Positions 39,311 to 48,725 of a stretch of 64,000 bases of DNA are shown here, piece after piece. Below the pieces are notes generated by a model. It was not told the origin of the DNA. It ran no database searches and saw only the letters and a program-made list of their open reading frames with translations. The DNA lies in NCBI GenBank assembly GCA_965216875.1, contig OZ244207.1, forward strand, positions 7,936,001 through 8,000,000, written 5' to 3'. Numbering within the stretch: position 1 is the first letter of the stretch; each line of letters starts with the position of its first letter. Source of the stretch: Rubripirellula sp. GTDB lineage: Bacteria > Planctomycetota > Planctomycetia > Pirellulales > Pirellulaceae. The position numbers were made by a program, and so were the translations under genes.

Positions 39311-39898
39311 ATGACACAAGCCGCGAAAATGTCAGTGGTCTTGCCGGTCCGAAACGGACAGCATGAAATCTCAAGACGTGTCGAACAGGTCCTCGAGGCA
39401 CTTACCGATCTTTCTCGCGAAGCATCGGAAGTTGTCGTTGTCGATGACGGTAGTCAAGACGCGACGCCCGAAGTGTTGGACGAGTTGGCAATGCAGTATC
39501 CACAGATTCGAGTGGTGCGACACAATCGCCCACGGGGCATGGAAGCTGCAGGACAAACGGGCCTCGAGCGAGCGACTGGCGAATTGGTCTTCATTCAGGA
39601 ATCCGATACTTTCGTTCGCATCGAAGACATGCGGCGACTGTACCGAATGAGCGAAGACAAGTCGGTGGTGGCAGCACGGGCCGAGAGTGTGCCGCGTCCG
39701 CTTTCGGGGGCGTTGCTTCGACGATTGCGTGCTTGGGGCACAGGCACGGAAAAACAGATCGAAGCGCAAGAAGCGGGGCAAAAGTCGAGCATTCAAATGA
39801 TACGACGACCGCACTTGCAACGATTGGCCGCTCCCGGCGGCGAAAACTATCGTCTGCAGGGCGAAACACTTCATTCGACGACCGTCGAGTCTGCTTGA
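39311..39898 (+). CDS. Short glycosyltransferase family 2-like protein
   Basis: SVVLPVRN, EVVVVDDGSQDAT and GLERATGELVFIQESD (atypical DxD). Confidence 0.8.
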   Translation: MTQAAKMSVVLPVRNGQHEISRRVEQVLEALTDLSREASEVVVVDDGSQDATPEVLDELAMQYPQIRVVRHNRPRGMEAAGQTGLERATGELVFIQESDTFVRIEDMRRLYRMSEDKSVVAARAESVPRPLSGALLRRLRAWGTGTEKQIEAQEAGQKSSIQMIRRPHLQRLAAPGGENYRLQGETLHSTTVESA

Positions 39899-39905
39899 TC
39901 AGACC

Positions 39906-40973
39906 CTACTCGTTGAATATTTCACGCAGCTTAGACGACCATCCCTCCCAGTCGTCGGCTGCTTTTTCAAAGTTGACCCGCATCCAGCGCACCGGTTCCT
40001 CAGGTAAGACGCGGGGCGGGAATTTGCTTTGACGACTGATTGGCAATTGGCTGCTCTCCCCCATTGCCAATCGGTCTTCTATATCAGGGCGAATCAAGAA
40101 ATTGCCCAACCTGCGGGCTGCGACCGAATGCGGCGCCCCTTTCAAGACAGCGACCGTATTGGGGATTCGCAGCGTTCCCGGTTGGTCTGGCATTTGATCG
40201 GGAAAGATGATCTCCACCGGCAGTCCCGCTTCCTTTTCGATGATCGCATCGTCGGTGTCGGTCAGCCCCCATGCCACTTGCCCCGAGGAAACCGCCCGAG
40301 CGACTTGTTTGTTTCCGGAAAGTACCACGGCGTTGGAACGGATCTGATTGAGAAAGTCGATCGTTTCGTCGTGTCCGTTCGTCTCTCGTAGCACTGCAAA
40401 GTGGGTCGCCGTCGTTCCGAATAACGGCCGCGCCATCGCACAGTTTTCTTTCCATTTGGAATCGGCAAGTTCCGAAACCGATTGCGGGTACTCCTCCTCG
40501 TTTGCGATCCGTTCCGTGTTGACGATCAGCACGCGTGCGCGGGCGGCAAACCCGCACCATGTTCCATCGCTCGCAATCATGTCGGCGGGCCAGCCCGCTT
40601 CGACGTTCCAATCGATCGGCTCAAGTAGGCCGAGCTTTTGCAAGCGAACGGTGTGCATGATTTCGTTATTCCAAAAGACGTCGCAAACGGGTGCGTCTTT
40701 CTCGGCAATGATCCTGCTGACCAAACCCACGGTCTTGGTCGATTCAACATCAAACTTGGGGACCACGCGAGTTTCGTTCTTTTGGTCCCGCTCAAAGGCG
40801 TTGAGAATCGGTTCTGCGAACTCCTGGTCGAGTGCCGAGTAGACCACAACGTCCGATTCCAACGATTGCGTACAGCCCGCGGAGAAGACGGTCGCAAGCA
40901 CCGCGCTGAATACAACCAACAGCTCAAGCCGACCGTGGGACTTCGCGTTAGAATGGTGGGATGTATCGAACAC
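39906..40973 (-). CDS. Fe(III)-type ABC substrate-binding lipoprotein (FbpA/AfuA-like)
   Basis: Lipobox FSAGC; VVVYSA, CDVFWNNE, RARVLIVN, GLTDTDD and IPNTVAVLKG. Real start probably downstream of 40973. Confidence 0.85.
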   Translation of the reverse strand: MFDTSHHSNAKSHGRLELLVVFSAVLATVFSAGCTQSLESDVVVYSALDQEFAEPILNAFERDQKNETRVVPKFDVESTKTVGLVSRIIAEKDAPVCDVFWNNEIMHTVRLQKLGLLEPIDWNVEAGWPADMIASDGTWCGFAARARVLIVNTERIANEEEYPQSVSELADSKWKENCAMARPLFGTTATHFAVLRETNGHDETIDFLNQIRSNAVVLSGNKQVARAVSSGQVAWGLTDTDDAIIEKEAGLPVEIIFPDQMPDQPGTLRIPNTVAVLKGAPHSVAARRLGNFLIRPDIEDRLAMGESSQLPISRQSKFPPRVLPEEPVRWMRVNFEKAADDWEGWSSKLREIFNE

Positions 40974-42244
40974 GGACAGCCTTTCTTTGCTTGTTGATTC
41001 TCGGCCTCGCCCCCAAGGTCACTTGGGCCCAGCCGCAAAATGGTTTGCCAACGCTTGCGTCGCGTTCCGGCAAGTTTATTGAATTGACCACGGATCTGCC
41101 CAACGCAGAAGAGGTCGCGACGCTCGTCGAGTCTTTTGACGTGGCCGTACCACAGTGGATTGAGTTTTGGCAGCTACCCGCCGATGCCGTTGACGGCTGG
41201 AAAGTCAAAGCATTCATCATACGGGACCGCGATCGGTTTCGTCGCGAGGGGCTCCTGCCGGATCATATTCCCGAGTTCCCGTTTGGCTATGCCTACGACG
41301 ACGAAATCTACGTCTTGGCTCAGAAGAGTGAATACTACACACGGCATCTGATGCTGCACGAGGGAGCACATTCCTTTGCCTTCCACGTGTTTGGCAATGC
41401 CGGCCCGACGTGGTTTATGGAAGGGACGGCCGACCTGTTGGCGCTGCACAGCGGCCAAGGCTCGTCGACTCGCATTCACCAGATTCCCAAAGATCGCCAT
41501 GACGTTCCGTACTGGGGCCGGTTCAAATTGATGGGGCAAATCCGCGAGCGATCTCAAATCCCCTCGATCGAAACCGTCATGCGTTACGCACCGACGTTGA
41601 CGGGCAACGTTGAAATGTATGGATGGAGTTGGGCGGCAGTCATGCTGTTGCACGAGTATCCCGAGTACCGACCGGCGTTCATCGAGGCGGCTCGCAACGC
41701 AAGCCGCGGTCCCGAATTCAATCGGATGGTTTTCAAATCCATCGGACAAAAGCAGTGGCCCATTTTGGCGGCTCGTTGGCGAATGGTGTGTGAAGACCTC
41801 GATTACGGGTTCGATTGGTCGCAGCAGCGGATTGCGATTGCCGAAACAGATCCTGCGTGGGACGGGCAGCCAACCACCATCGATGTGGCTGCGAATCAGG
41901 GATGGCAGTCCCCGGGGTTTCGACTTGTCCCCGGTTCAACGCTCACGTTGACACCCGACGGCACGGTGGTGCTTGGCAATGATCCCAAGCCTTGGAAGAG
42001 TGGGCCGGCTGGCGTGACGGTGACTTATGATCGAGGGCGACCGCTCGGTCAATTGCTCGCGTGTTTGTTGCCGACGGCCAAGCCTAGCGGCCAACGCATG
42101 TCACGTCCCGAAATGTTTTCGATCGACAATGCGACACGGTTGGAGATCAAACGCCATTGTTGGCTGCTGTTGCGAGTCAATGACAATGTCGGATCGCTTG
42201 ACGACAACCAAGGTTCGTTTCAAGTGAAATTGGTCGCCGAGTAA
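40961..42244 (+). CDS. Secreted HExxH metallopeptidase-like protein (DUF1570/peptidase MA-like) with C-terminal beta-sandwich
   Basis: Signal peptide ending in TWA-Q; LHEGAH...PTWFMEGTAD and YGWSWA; C-terminal VAANQGWQ..G...LLRVND....DDNQGSF. Confidence 0.75.
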   Translation: MYRTRTAFLCLLILGLAPKVTWAQPQNGLPTLASRSGKFIELTTDLPNAEEVATLVESFDVAVPQWIEFWQLPADAVDGWKVKAFIIRDRDRFRREGLLPDHIPEFPFGYAYDDEIYVLAQKSEYYTRHLMLHEGAHSFAFHVFGNAGPTWFMEGTADLLALHSGQGSSTRIHQIPKDRHDVPYWGRFKLMGQIRERSQIPSIETVMRYAPTLTGNVEMYGWSWAAVMLLHEYPEYRPAFIEAARNASRGPEFNRMVFKSIGQKQWPILAARWRMVCEDLDYGFDWSQQRIAIAETDPAWDGQPTTIDVAANQGWQSPGFRLVPGSTLTLTPDGTVVLGNDPKPWKSGPAGVTVTYDRGRPLGQLLACLLPTAKPSGQRMSRPEMFSIDNATRLEIKRHCWLLLRVNDNVGSLDDNQGSFQVKLVAE

Positions 42245-42297
42245 TCGTCACGCACTCGTTACCCCGATCGGCTTGCTGGCGCTCTCTTCGGACGCCA

Positions 42298-42408
42298 CAT
42301 GAGCCGCACGCGTTAGCGTCGGGCCTTTCGAGACGCGCCAAAGAGTTTCTGGTCGCTTCTTGAGGTAGATGGATCTGACGATTCCGGCGAAAGCTCGATA
42401 CTACGAAC
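42298..42408. repeat. REP singlets (B and A2') between convergent genes
   Basis: CATGAGCCGCACGCGTTAGCGTCGGGCC at 42298-42325 and GATTCCGGCGAAAGCTCGATACTACGAAC at 42380-42408. Confidence 0.8.
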
Positions 42409-42417
42409 GGCGAACCG

Positions 42418-43077
42418 CTACGGCAGTTCGATCCGCAAACCGGGGGCGTCGGCGGCGACTCTTAAATCCAAGCTTGCGAGTTTTGGAACAAAGCTGACTT
42501 GGACAGGGCCGCGTCCGATTCGGACGACGGTGCCAAGCCGTTGCATGCCAAAATGCTCGAAGGCTCGGATCGATTTCTTGTTTGTCCAATCGATGGACGT
42601 GACCAACGATTGGGCTTCGAGCAAGCGATGCTTCAAGATGTATTGCAACTGCGCCGCAACGAGCCGCTTGCCGCGATGATCGGGATCCGTCCACGCGTTG
42701 TAGACAAAGACGGCAGATTGGGGCAGGTCGATCGACGTCCCCAGATGCGGCGCGCGACTGTAGTTGTCATTGCCCGCAATGTGGTCTTTCGCAATCCACA
42801 GGAACGAAACGAGGCGATCTCCTGCAGTGACTCCCACCAGGCATCGCTCGTCGCAGCCGAGCTTGTCGGGCGTGCCAACTTGCGCTTCCACCGTGGCTTT
42901 CTCGAGGTGCTCGGCAAGAGCTTTCGCACCGATACGTTCGATTCGGTAGCCGTCCGCGAGTGAAACGGATGCGTCGCGATGGGGCGTGTCCATTTGCAAC
43001 AAGCACGTCGCATCGATGACGCGAAGACGCCGAATCAGGCGGTAGAGGAACGAGACAGGTGTGACGGGCGTTGGCAT
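42418..43077 (-). CDS. GNAT-family acetyltransferase
   Basis: FVYNAWTDPDHRGKRL (acetyl-CoA loop) and N..SIRAFEHFG. Confidence 0.8.
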   Translation of the reverse strand: MPTPVTPVSFLYRLIRRLRVIDATCLLQMDTPHRDASVSLADGYRIERIGAKALAEHLEKATVEAQVGTPDKLGCDERCLVGVTAGDRLVSFLWIAKDHIAGNDNYSRAPHLGTSIDLPQSAVFVYNAWTDPDHRGKRLVAAQLQYILKHRLLEAQSLVTSIDWTNKKSIRAFEHFGMQRLGTVVRIGRGPVQVSFVPKLASLDLRVAADAPGLRIELP

Positions 43078-43155
43078 GGATCTGGCATCACAGGTCAGTG
43101 CGGATAACGCTGAACCCTACGTCGAACCGTGACTCGGCGGCCAACATCCGCGCAC

Positions 43156-43189
43156 AAAAAACGCCGTGACCTTGCGAAGGGGCACGGCG
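43156..43189 (-). terminator. Rho-independent terminator after cyclophilin gene
   Basis: Minus strand reads CGCCGTGccCCTTcgcAAGGtCACGGCG followed by TTTTTT, about 30 bp after the stop at 43220. Confidence 0.8.
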
Positions 43190-43219
43190 CCGCGGGTTAT
43201 GACGATTAGTGCTCGAGCA

Positions 43220-43810
43220 CTACTCTTTGACAGTCACCTTCTTGATGACGATGGCTTCCACGGGAACATCCCGCATCAAGATCGAAGGTGCTTCCGGATT
43301 CGGGCGAGCTTGAGTCTTGACGGCCTCGATTTTGTCGACGACCTCTTGTCCAGAGACGACCTTGCCAAAGACGGCGTAGCCCCATCCATCACGTGACGTC
43401 GCCCGGTTGAGTGGGAGATTGTTTTCGGTGTTGATAAAGAATTGACTCGTGGCACTGTGAGGTGCTGAGGTGCGTGCCATTGCAATCGTGTACTTTTCGT
43501 TCTTCAGACCGTTAGCCGACTCGTTGCGAATGGGGGCGAGCGTGTCTTTTTCGACAAGCTTTGCGTCGAGTCCGCCGCCTTGGATCATGAACCCGCGAAT
43601 GACACGGTGAAAGACGGTCTCTTCGAAGTGTTTGTTTTCGACGTACTTCAAGAAGTTTTCAACCGTTTTCGGCGCAGCTTTGCGGTTAAGCTCGATAACA
43701 ATCGTGCCCTCGCTCGTTTCCATTTCGACCGTCACTTGGTCTTGGGCGCTGGCTGTGTTGAAACTCAGCAACGCGACCACTGCTGCGGTGAGGATAACGC
43801 GAGACTTCAT
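43220..43810 (-). CDS. Periplasmic cyclophilin-type peptidyl-prolyl isomerase (PpiA-like)
   Basis: Signal peptide; APKTVENF, FHRVIRGFMIQGGG, AMART.APHSATSQFFIN and GYAVFGKV. Confidence 0.95.
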   Translation of the reverse strand: MKSRVILTAAVVALLSFNTASAQDQVTVEMETSEGTIVIELNRKAAPKTVENFLKYVENKHFEETVFHRVIRGFMIQGGGLDAKLVEKDTLAPIRNESANGLKNEKYTIAMARTSAPHSATSQFFINTENNLPLNRATSRDGWGYAVFGKVVSGQEVVDKIEAVKTQARPNPEAPSILMRDVPVEAIVIKKVTVKE

Positions 43811-44136
43811 TAGGATTGGCTCCTTGAGGTTCCATGTACAAGTGAGACGGATGGAGTACGAACGTTCCTGGCACCTGACATGAAGTCACGTTGTCGCCAG
43901 CAAGTCGCTTTCAGCAACGAGTTTAGGCGATGGCTCGACTGTCGCCCAGGTCGTCCCGCCAGGTATTTCACCCGCCCAGAACCCGACAGTTGGGCAATCG
44001 GACACCGGCTTCTCCGTCTATAATGGGCGGCTCCCATCACTCACCATGTAAATCGCGGTGTTTGCGCTGAAAACTTCGGTGCAACGCAATTCGGTTTCTT
44101 GGTGCCCACCCCATTTGACAACAATCCCCCCATCGT

Positions 44137-47100
44137 TTGATGTCGAAGCCGATTTCTTGTTTGGCAATCGCGACACTTCTGTTGTTTGCGCCATGCCACG
44201 TTGGATTTGCCGATGACTCTGTCTCGTTCACACGCGACATACGGCCGATTCTCTCTGAACACTGTTTTGCGTGTCATGGCCCCGATGCGGGGAAACGCGA
44301 AGCGGACTTGAGGCTTGATGATGCCGACGGTGTCGCTGGCGCCGTCACTGCAGGCGAAGTGAACGAAAGCGAGTTGTGGGAGCGGATCACAACAGATGAC
44401 GAAGATCTGGTGATGCCACCGCCAGAGTTCAACAAGCCGATCACCGAAGCGCAGCGTCGTTTGATTCGGAAGTGGATCGAGTCGGGCGCCAATGTCCAAC
44501 AACATTGGTCGTTCGTGACACCCCAACAACCCCCAATCCCCAATGTCGACGTTCCCAATGTCGACGTTCCTAATCCGATCGACGCGTTCTTACGGGCGCG
44601 GCTGGACAAGGCGGGACTTGAACCGTCGCCCCTTGCCGACAAACGAACGTTGATCCGCCGTGTCACCTTGGACTTGACGGGGCTGCCCCCAACCGAACAA
44701 GAGGTCGATGCCTTTCTCGCGGACCAATCCGAGGATGCGTATGAATCGCTGATCGATCGTTTGATGAGCCAAGTTTCCTACGGCGAACACATGGCACGTT
44801 ATTGGCTCGACCTTGCCCGTTACGCCGACACGCATGGTTTGCATCTCGATAACGAGCGATCGATGTGGCCCTATCGCGACTGGGTCGTACGGGCGTTCGC
44901 GGACAACCTGCCGTTTGATGAGTTCACACGCTGGCAGCTCGCCGGCGACCTGTACGAAAAACCGACTCGAGATCAACTCGTTGCCTCGGGCTTCAATCGA
45001 TGCAACGTGACCACCGGCGAAGGGGGAAGCATTAATGAAGAGTGGATCTATCGCTACGCCGTCGACCGAACCACCACTGCCGTCGAAGTCTGGATGGGAC
45101 TGACTGCGGGCTGTGCGGTCTGTCACGACCACAAGTTCGATCCGCTATCGATGCACGATTACTATTCGTTGTACGCGTTCTTTCACAGCGCGGCCGATCC
45201 CGCGATGGATGGCAATCGCATCGACACGCCACCCGTCCTCAAACTTCATTCCGACGAAGACAACGCGAAGATCGCTGCGATCGACAAGCGACTGTCGCAG
45301 CTCGAAGAGTCCCAGAAAGAGCGATTGGCAACTTACGACTATGTTGACCCAAGTTCGCTCGATCCTGTGCCCACGCCCGAAGAGGTTGAGACACTCTGGT
45401 TTGACGACGGTTTTCCTGAAGGCGCAAAACTGCAAAACAGCGGGCACCCCACAACTCTCGTTAGTAAAGATGAGGGTGAAGTTTTTGGTGGTGCAAAATC
45501 GTTGCGTCGCAAAGCCGGCGGATTGGAACAGGACTTTTACAACAGCGGTGCCGCCGACCTCGTCGTCCCCAACGACGGCATCGTGTTCGTTCACTGTTTC
45601 CTTGATCCCAAGGACACCCCCAAGACGATCATGATCCAGTTTCATACCGACGGTTGGAAACATCGGGCCGTATGGGGCGAACATGAAAAGATCCCGTTTG
45701 GCAAATCAGACACCACCGAAAAGGTCTTGATGGGGGACCTGCCCGAAGCAGGACGCTGGGTCCGTTTGGAAGTCGATGCAAAAAAAATGGGGCTCGGTGC
45801 GGGAGCCAAAGTGAAAGGTTACGCGTTCACCCAATACGCGGGTACCGTTCATTGGGATTCACTTGGCGTGACAGCGACCGTCGACAAAGTGAATGACCAG
45901 ATTTGGTCTTGGGAAGCATGGAAGAAACAAAACCAAGGCAAACGCAACAAGCAACTTCCCGAACATCTTTGGCGCATCGTCAAAAGCAAACAGCCCGAGA
46001 AGTGGACAGATGAAGAACGCAAGAGTCTTTTCGATTTCTGGCTCGCCAATTTCTATGCGGGCACGGTCGACCTGCTCGCGGACATCAAACGGAAACGCGA
46101 AGGTTTGGTGGAAGAAAAGGTGAACATCGAAAAGAACGTGCCTTTGACGCTTGTCATGGCCGACCTGAAGAAGCCTCGCGAGAGCTTCGTGATGCTGCGA
46201 GGTGCCTATGACAAACCGGGTGACAAGGTGTCGCGAAACGTTCCGTCCTTCCTGCCACCGCTTCCCGAGCGTCCATCCGATCGCGATTACAACCGCATGG
46301 ACTTGGCCAATTGGTTGGTCAGTGGTGAACACCCACTAACGGCACGCGTTGCAGTCAACCGATTCTGGCAACAGTTTTTCGGGACTGGAATCGTTCGAAC
46401 CAGTGGTGACTTCGGTTCGCAAGGCGAAGGCCCGTCTCATCCTGAGTTGTTGGATTGGCTGGCGGTCGAATTTGTCAACCAAGACTGGGACGTTCAAACG
46501 TTGGTCAAGCTGATCCTGACCTCTCACGCCTACCGTCAATCGTCCGAGGTCAGTGAAGAGTCGCTTGAGCTCGATCCGAGCAATCGTCTACTGTCGCGAG
46601 CACCCAGGTTGCGTCTTGATGCGGAAGTGCTGAGAGATCAGGCGCTGTCGTTGAGCGGATTGTTGGTGCAAACGGTTGGAGGCAAAGCGGTCAAACCGTA
46701 TCAACCGCCAAACATTTGGGAACCGGTTGGTTTTGGTGGAAGCAACACGCGTTTCTACAGACAAGACACGGGCGACGCGCTCTACCGGCGAAGCCTTTAC
46801 ACGTTCCTGAAACGCACCGCACCGCCTCCATTCATGTCGACGTTCGATGCGCCCAACCGCGAGCAGGTTTGTATGGGACGCCAGCGGAGCAATACGCCGA
46901 TGCAGGCGCTCCAGCTCATGAACGACATTCAACATGTTGAAGCGGCACGCCATTTCGCCTCTCGAATGCTTGCCGAAGGTGGCGAGGATGCGAAGCAGCG
47001 GATTCGCTGGGCCTGGGAATTGGCGACCGTCCGGCAACCAAATGAGGGTGAAGTCGAAGTGGCCCATCATCTGCTGGCGGAGTTTCAACAGCGTTACTAC

Positions 47101-47241
47101 GGGGACCCTGGAGCTGCGAAAGAGCTGGTCGAGTATGGCGAAAGCAAGCCTGATGAAAAGGTGGCTGATGCCGAGTTGGCGGCCTACACAATGTTGGCGA
47201 GCTTGATTCTTAACCTTGACGAAACCGTTACAAAGAACTGA
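44137..47241 (+). CDS. Planctomycete cytochrome c / DUF1549 (PSCyt2) / DUF1553 (PSD1) protein
   Basis: [78 protein letters not shown] and RRSLY. A 15-bp duplication lies at 44539-44568. Confidence 0.95.
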   Translation: MMSKPISCLAIATLLLFAPCHVGFADDSVSFTRDIRPILSEHCFACHGPDAGKREADLRLDDADGVAGAVTAGEVNESELWERITTDDEDLVMPPPEFNKPITEAQRRLIRKWIESGANVQQHWSFVTPQQPPIPNVDVPNVDVPNPIDAFLRARLDKAGLEPSPLADKRTLIRRVTLDLTGLPPTEQEVDAFLADQSEDAYESLIDRLMSQVSYGEHMARYWLDLARYADTHGLHLDNERSMWPYRDWVVRAFADNLPFDEFTRWQLAGDLYEKPTRDQLVASGFNRCNVTTGEGGSINEEWIYRYAVDRTTTAVEVWMGLTAGCAVCHDHKFDPLSMHDYYSLYAFFHSAADPAMDGNRIDTPPVLKLHSDEDNAKIAAIDKRLSQLEESQKERLATYDYVDPSSLDPVPTPEEVETLWFDDGFPEGAKLQNSGHPTTLVSKDEGEVFGGAKSLRRKAGGLEQDFYNSGAADLVVPNDGIVFVHCFLDPKDTPKTIMIQFHTDGWKHRAVWGEHEKIPFGKSDTTEKVLMGDLPEAGRWVRLEVDAKKMGLGAGAKVKGYAFTQYAGTVHWDSLGVTATVDKVNDQIWSWEAWKKQNQGKRNKQLPEHLWRIVKSKQPEKWTDEERKSLFDFWLANFYAGTVDLLADIKRKREGLVEEKVNIEKNVPLTLVMADLKKPRESFVMLRGAYDKPGDKVSRNVPSFLPPLPERPSDRDYNRMDLANWLVSGEHPLTARVAVNRFWQQFFGTGIVRTSGDFGSQGEGPSHPELLDWLAVEFVNQDWDVQTLVKLILTSHAYRQSSEVSEESLELDPSNRLLSRAPRLRLDAEVLRDQALSLSGLLVQTVGGKAVKPYQPPNIWEPVGFGGSNTRFYRQDTGDALYRRSLYTFLKRTAPPPFMSTFDAPNREQVCMGRQRSNTPMQALQLMNDIQHVEAARHFASRMLAEGGEDAKQRIRWAWELATVRQPNEGEVEVAHHLLAEFQQRYYGDPGAAKELVEYGESKPDEKVADAELAAYTMLASLILNLDETVTKN

Positions 47242-47255
47242 ACCGAGAAACCAAG

Positions 47256-48725
47256 ATGCACCCATTCCTTCAGCGTCAACATCTCGAAACGCGTCGTCAG
47301 TTTTTCCGTGGCGCCGGTTTGAACCTTGGTGCTCTGTCTTTGGCGAGCATGCTTGCGGGCGACGCGACCGCTGGCGATTCCGCCGCAACGACGCAAGTTC
47401 ACCCGTCACTGCCAGGGTTGCCGCACTTTGCACCGAAAGCAAAGCGGCTGATCTATTTGCACGCTAACGGTGCGCCGTCACAGTTGGACATGTTCGATTA
47501 CAAGCCGGGGCTGCAAGAGTATTTCGACAAAGAGCTTCCCGACTCGGTGCGTAACAACCAACGTATCACGACGATGACGAGCGGGCAGGCGCGTTTCCCG
47601 GTCGCGCCGAGCAAATTCAAGTTCAAGGCTTGTGGCACGTCGGGAATCATGATGAGCGAGCTTGTGCCGCACATGCAGGAGATCGCCGATGACATCACGA
47701 TGATCAAATCGGTTCATACCGACGCGATCAACCATGATCCTGCGTGCACGTTTGTGATGACTGGCAGCGAAGTGCCTGGAAAACCGAGTCTCGGTTCGTG
47801 GCTGAGTTACGGGCTTGGAAGTGAAAGTAACGACCTACCCGCCTTTGTCGTGTTCACCCCGACGTTCCCGAAAGACAGCCAAGCTCAAGCGTTGTTCACG
47901 CGGATGTGGAGCAGCGGATTCCTGCCGAGCAGTTTTGATGGCGTCGCGCTGCGTGGTAGCGGTGACCCGGTGCTCTACATCAAAAACCCACCCGGTGTCA
48001 GCGGTGCCGATCGACGCAGAATGCTCGATGCGCTGAACCAACTCAACGAGCAGAACTTTGAGCGCTACGGCGACCCCGAAACTCGAACGCGGATCGCCCA
48101 ATACGAAATGGCGTTTCGGATGCAGACGAGTGTTCCCGAGCTAACCGACCTATCGAGCGAGTCGAAGGAAACGCTCGAAATGTATGGGCCGAATGTTGAA
48201 AAGAAAGGAACGTACGCGTCGAGTGCCATCCTAGCTCGGCGTTTGATTGAACGCGGTGTGCGGTGTGTGCAGATCCTGCACCGCGGGTGGGACCAGCACA
48301 ACAACCTGCCAAGGCTGATCAAGAACCAGTGCGATGACGTCGATCAGCCGACTGCGGCGTTAATCAAAGATCTGAAACAACGCGGTCTGCTCGACGAGAC
48401 ACTGGTTGTCTTTGGTGGTGAATTTGGGCGCACGGTTTACTCGCAAGGCACGCTAACGAAAGAGAACTACGGTCGAGATCATCATCCCCGCAACTTCTGT
48501 ATGTGGATGGCCGGTGGTGGTGTCAAAGGAGGCATGACTTACGGCGAAACAGATGACTTCAGCTACAACATCGTGCAAGATCCCGTCCACCTGAATGATC
48601 TCAACGCAACAATCCTTCATTGCATGGGCATTGATGATCGCAAGCTGAGCTTCAAGTTCCAGGGGCTCGATCAAAGGCTGACGGGAGTCGAGCCGCCGCG
48701 CGTGGTCAACGAGATTCTGATTTAG
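47256..48725 (+). CDS. DUF1501 family protein (Tat signal)
   Basis: [18 protein letters not shown]...[31 protein letters not shown] and GRDHH. Confidence 0.95.
   Translation: MHPFLQRQHLETRRQFFRGAGLNLGALSLASMLAGDATAGDSAATTQVHPSLPGLPHFAPKAKRLIYLHANGAPSQLDMFDYKPGLQEYFDKELPDSVRNNQRITTMTSGQARFPVAPSKFKFKACGTSGIMMSELVPHMQEIADDITMIKSVHTDAINHDPACTFVMTGSEVPGKPSLGSWLSYGLGSESNDLPAFVVFTPTFPKDSQAQALFTRMWSSGFLPSSFDGVALRGSGDPVLYIKNPPGVSGADRRRMLDALNQLNEQNFERYGDPETRTRIAQYEMAFRMQTSVPELTDLSSESKETLEMYGPNVEKKGTYASSAILARRLIERGVRCVQILHRGWDQHNNLPRLIKNQCDDVDQPTAALIKDLKQRGLLDETLVVFGGEFGRTVYSQGTLTKENYGRDHHPRNFCMWMAGGGVKGGMTYGETDDFSYNIVQDPVHLNDLNATILHCMGIDDRKLSFKFQGLDQRLTGVEPPRVVNEILI

Noticed and set aside
40961..40973. 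Head-to-head overlap of two divergent genes
   Set aside because: Most likely a start-codon overcall on the SBP gene, whose hydrophobic signal begins about 15 codons later.
44019..44024. TATAAT upstream of the cytochrome gene
   Set aside because: No -35 or extended -10 at the proper distance; not enough to call a promoter.
15402..44568. Short in-frame duplications (18 bp at 15402-15437; 15 bp at 44539-44568)
   Set aside because: Two-copy slippage events in linkers, unrelated to each other, with no evident function.
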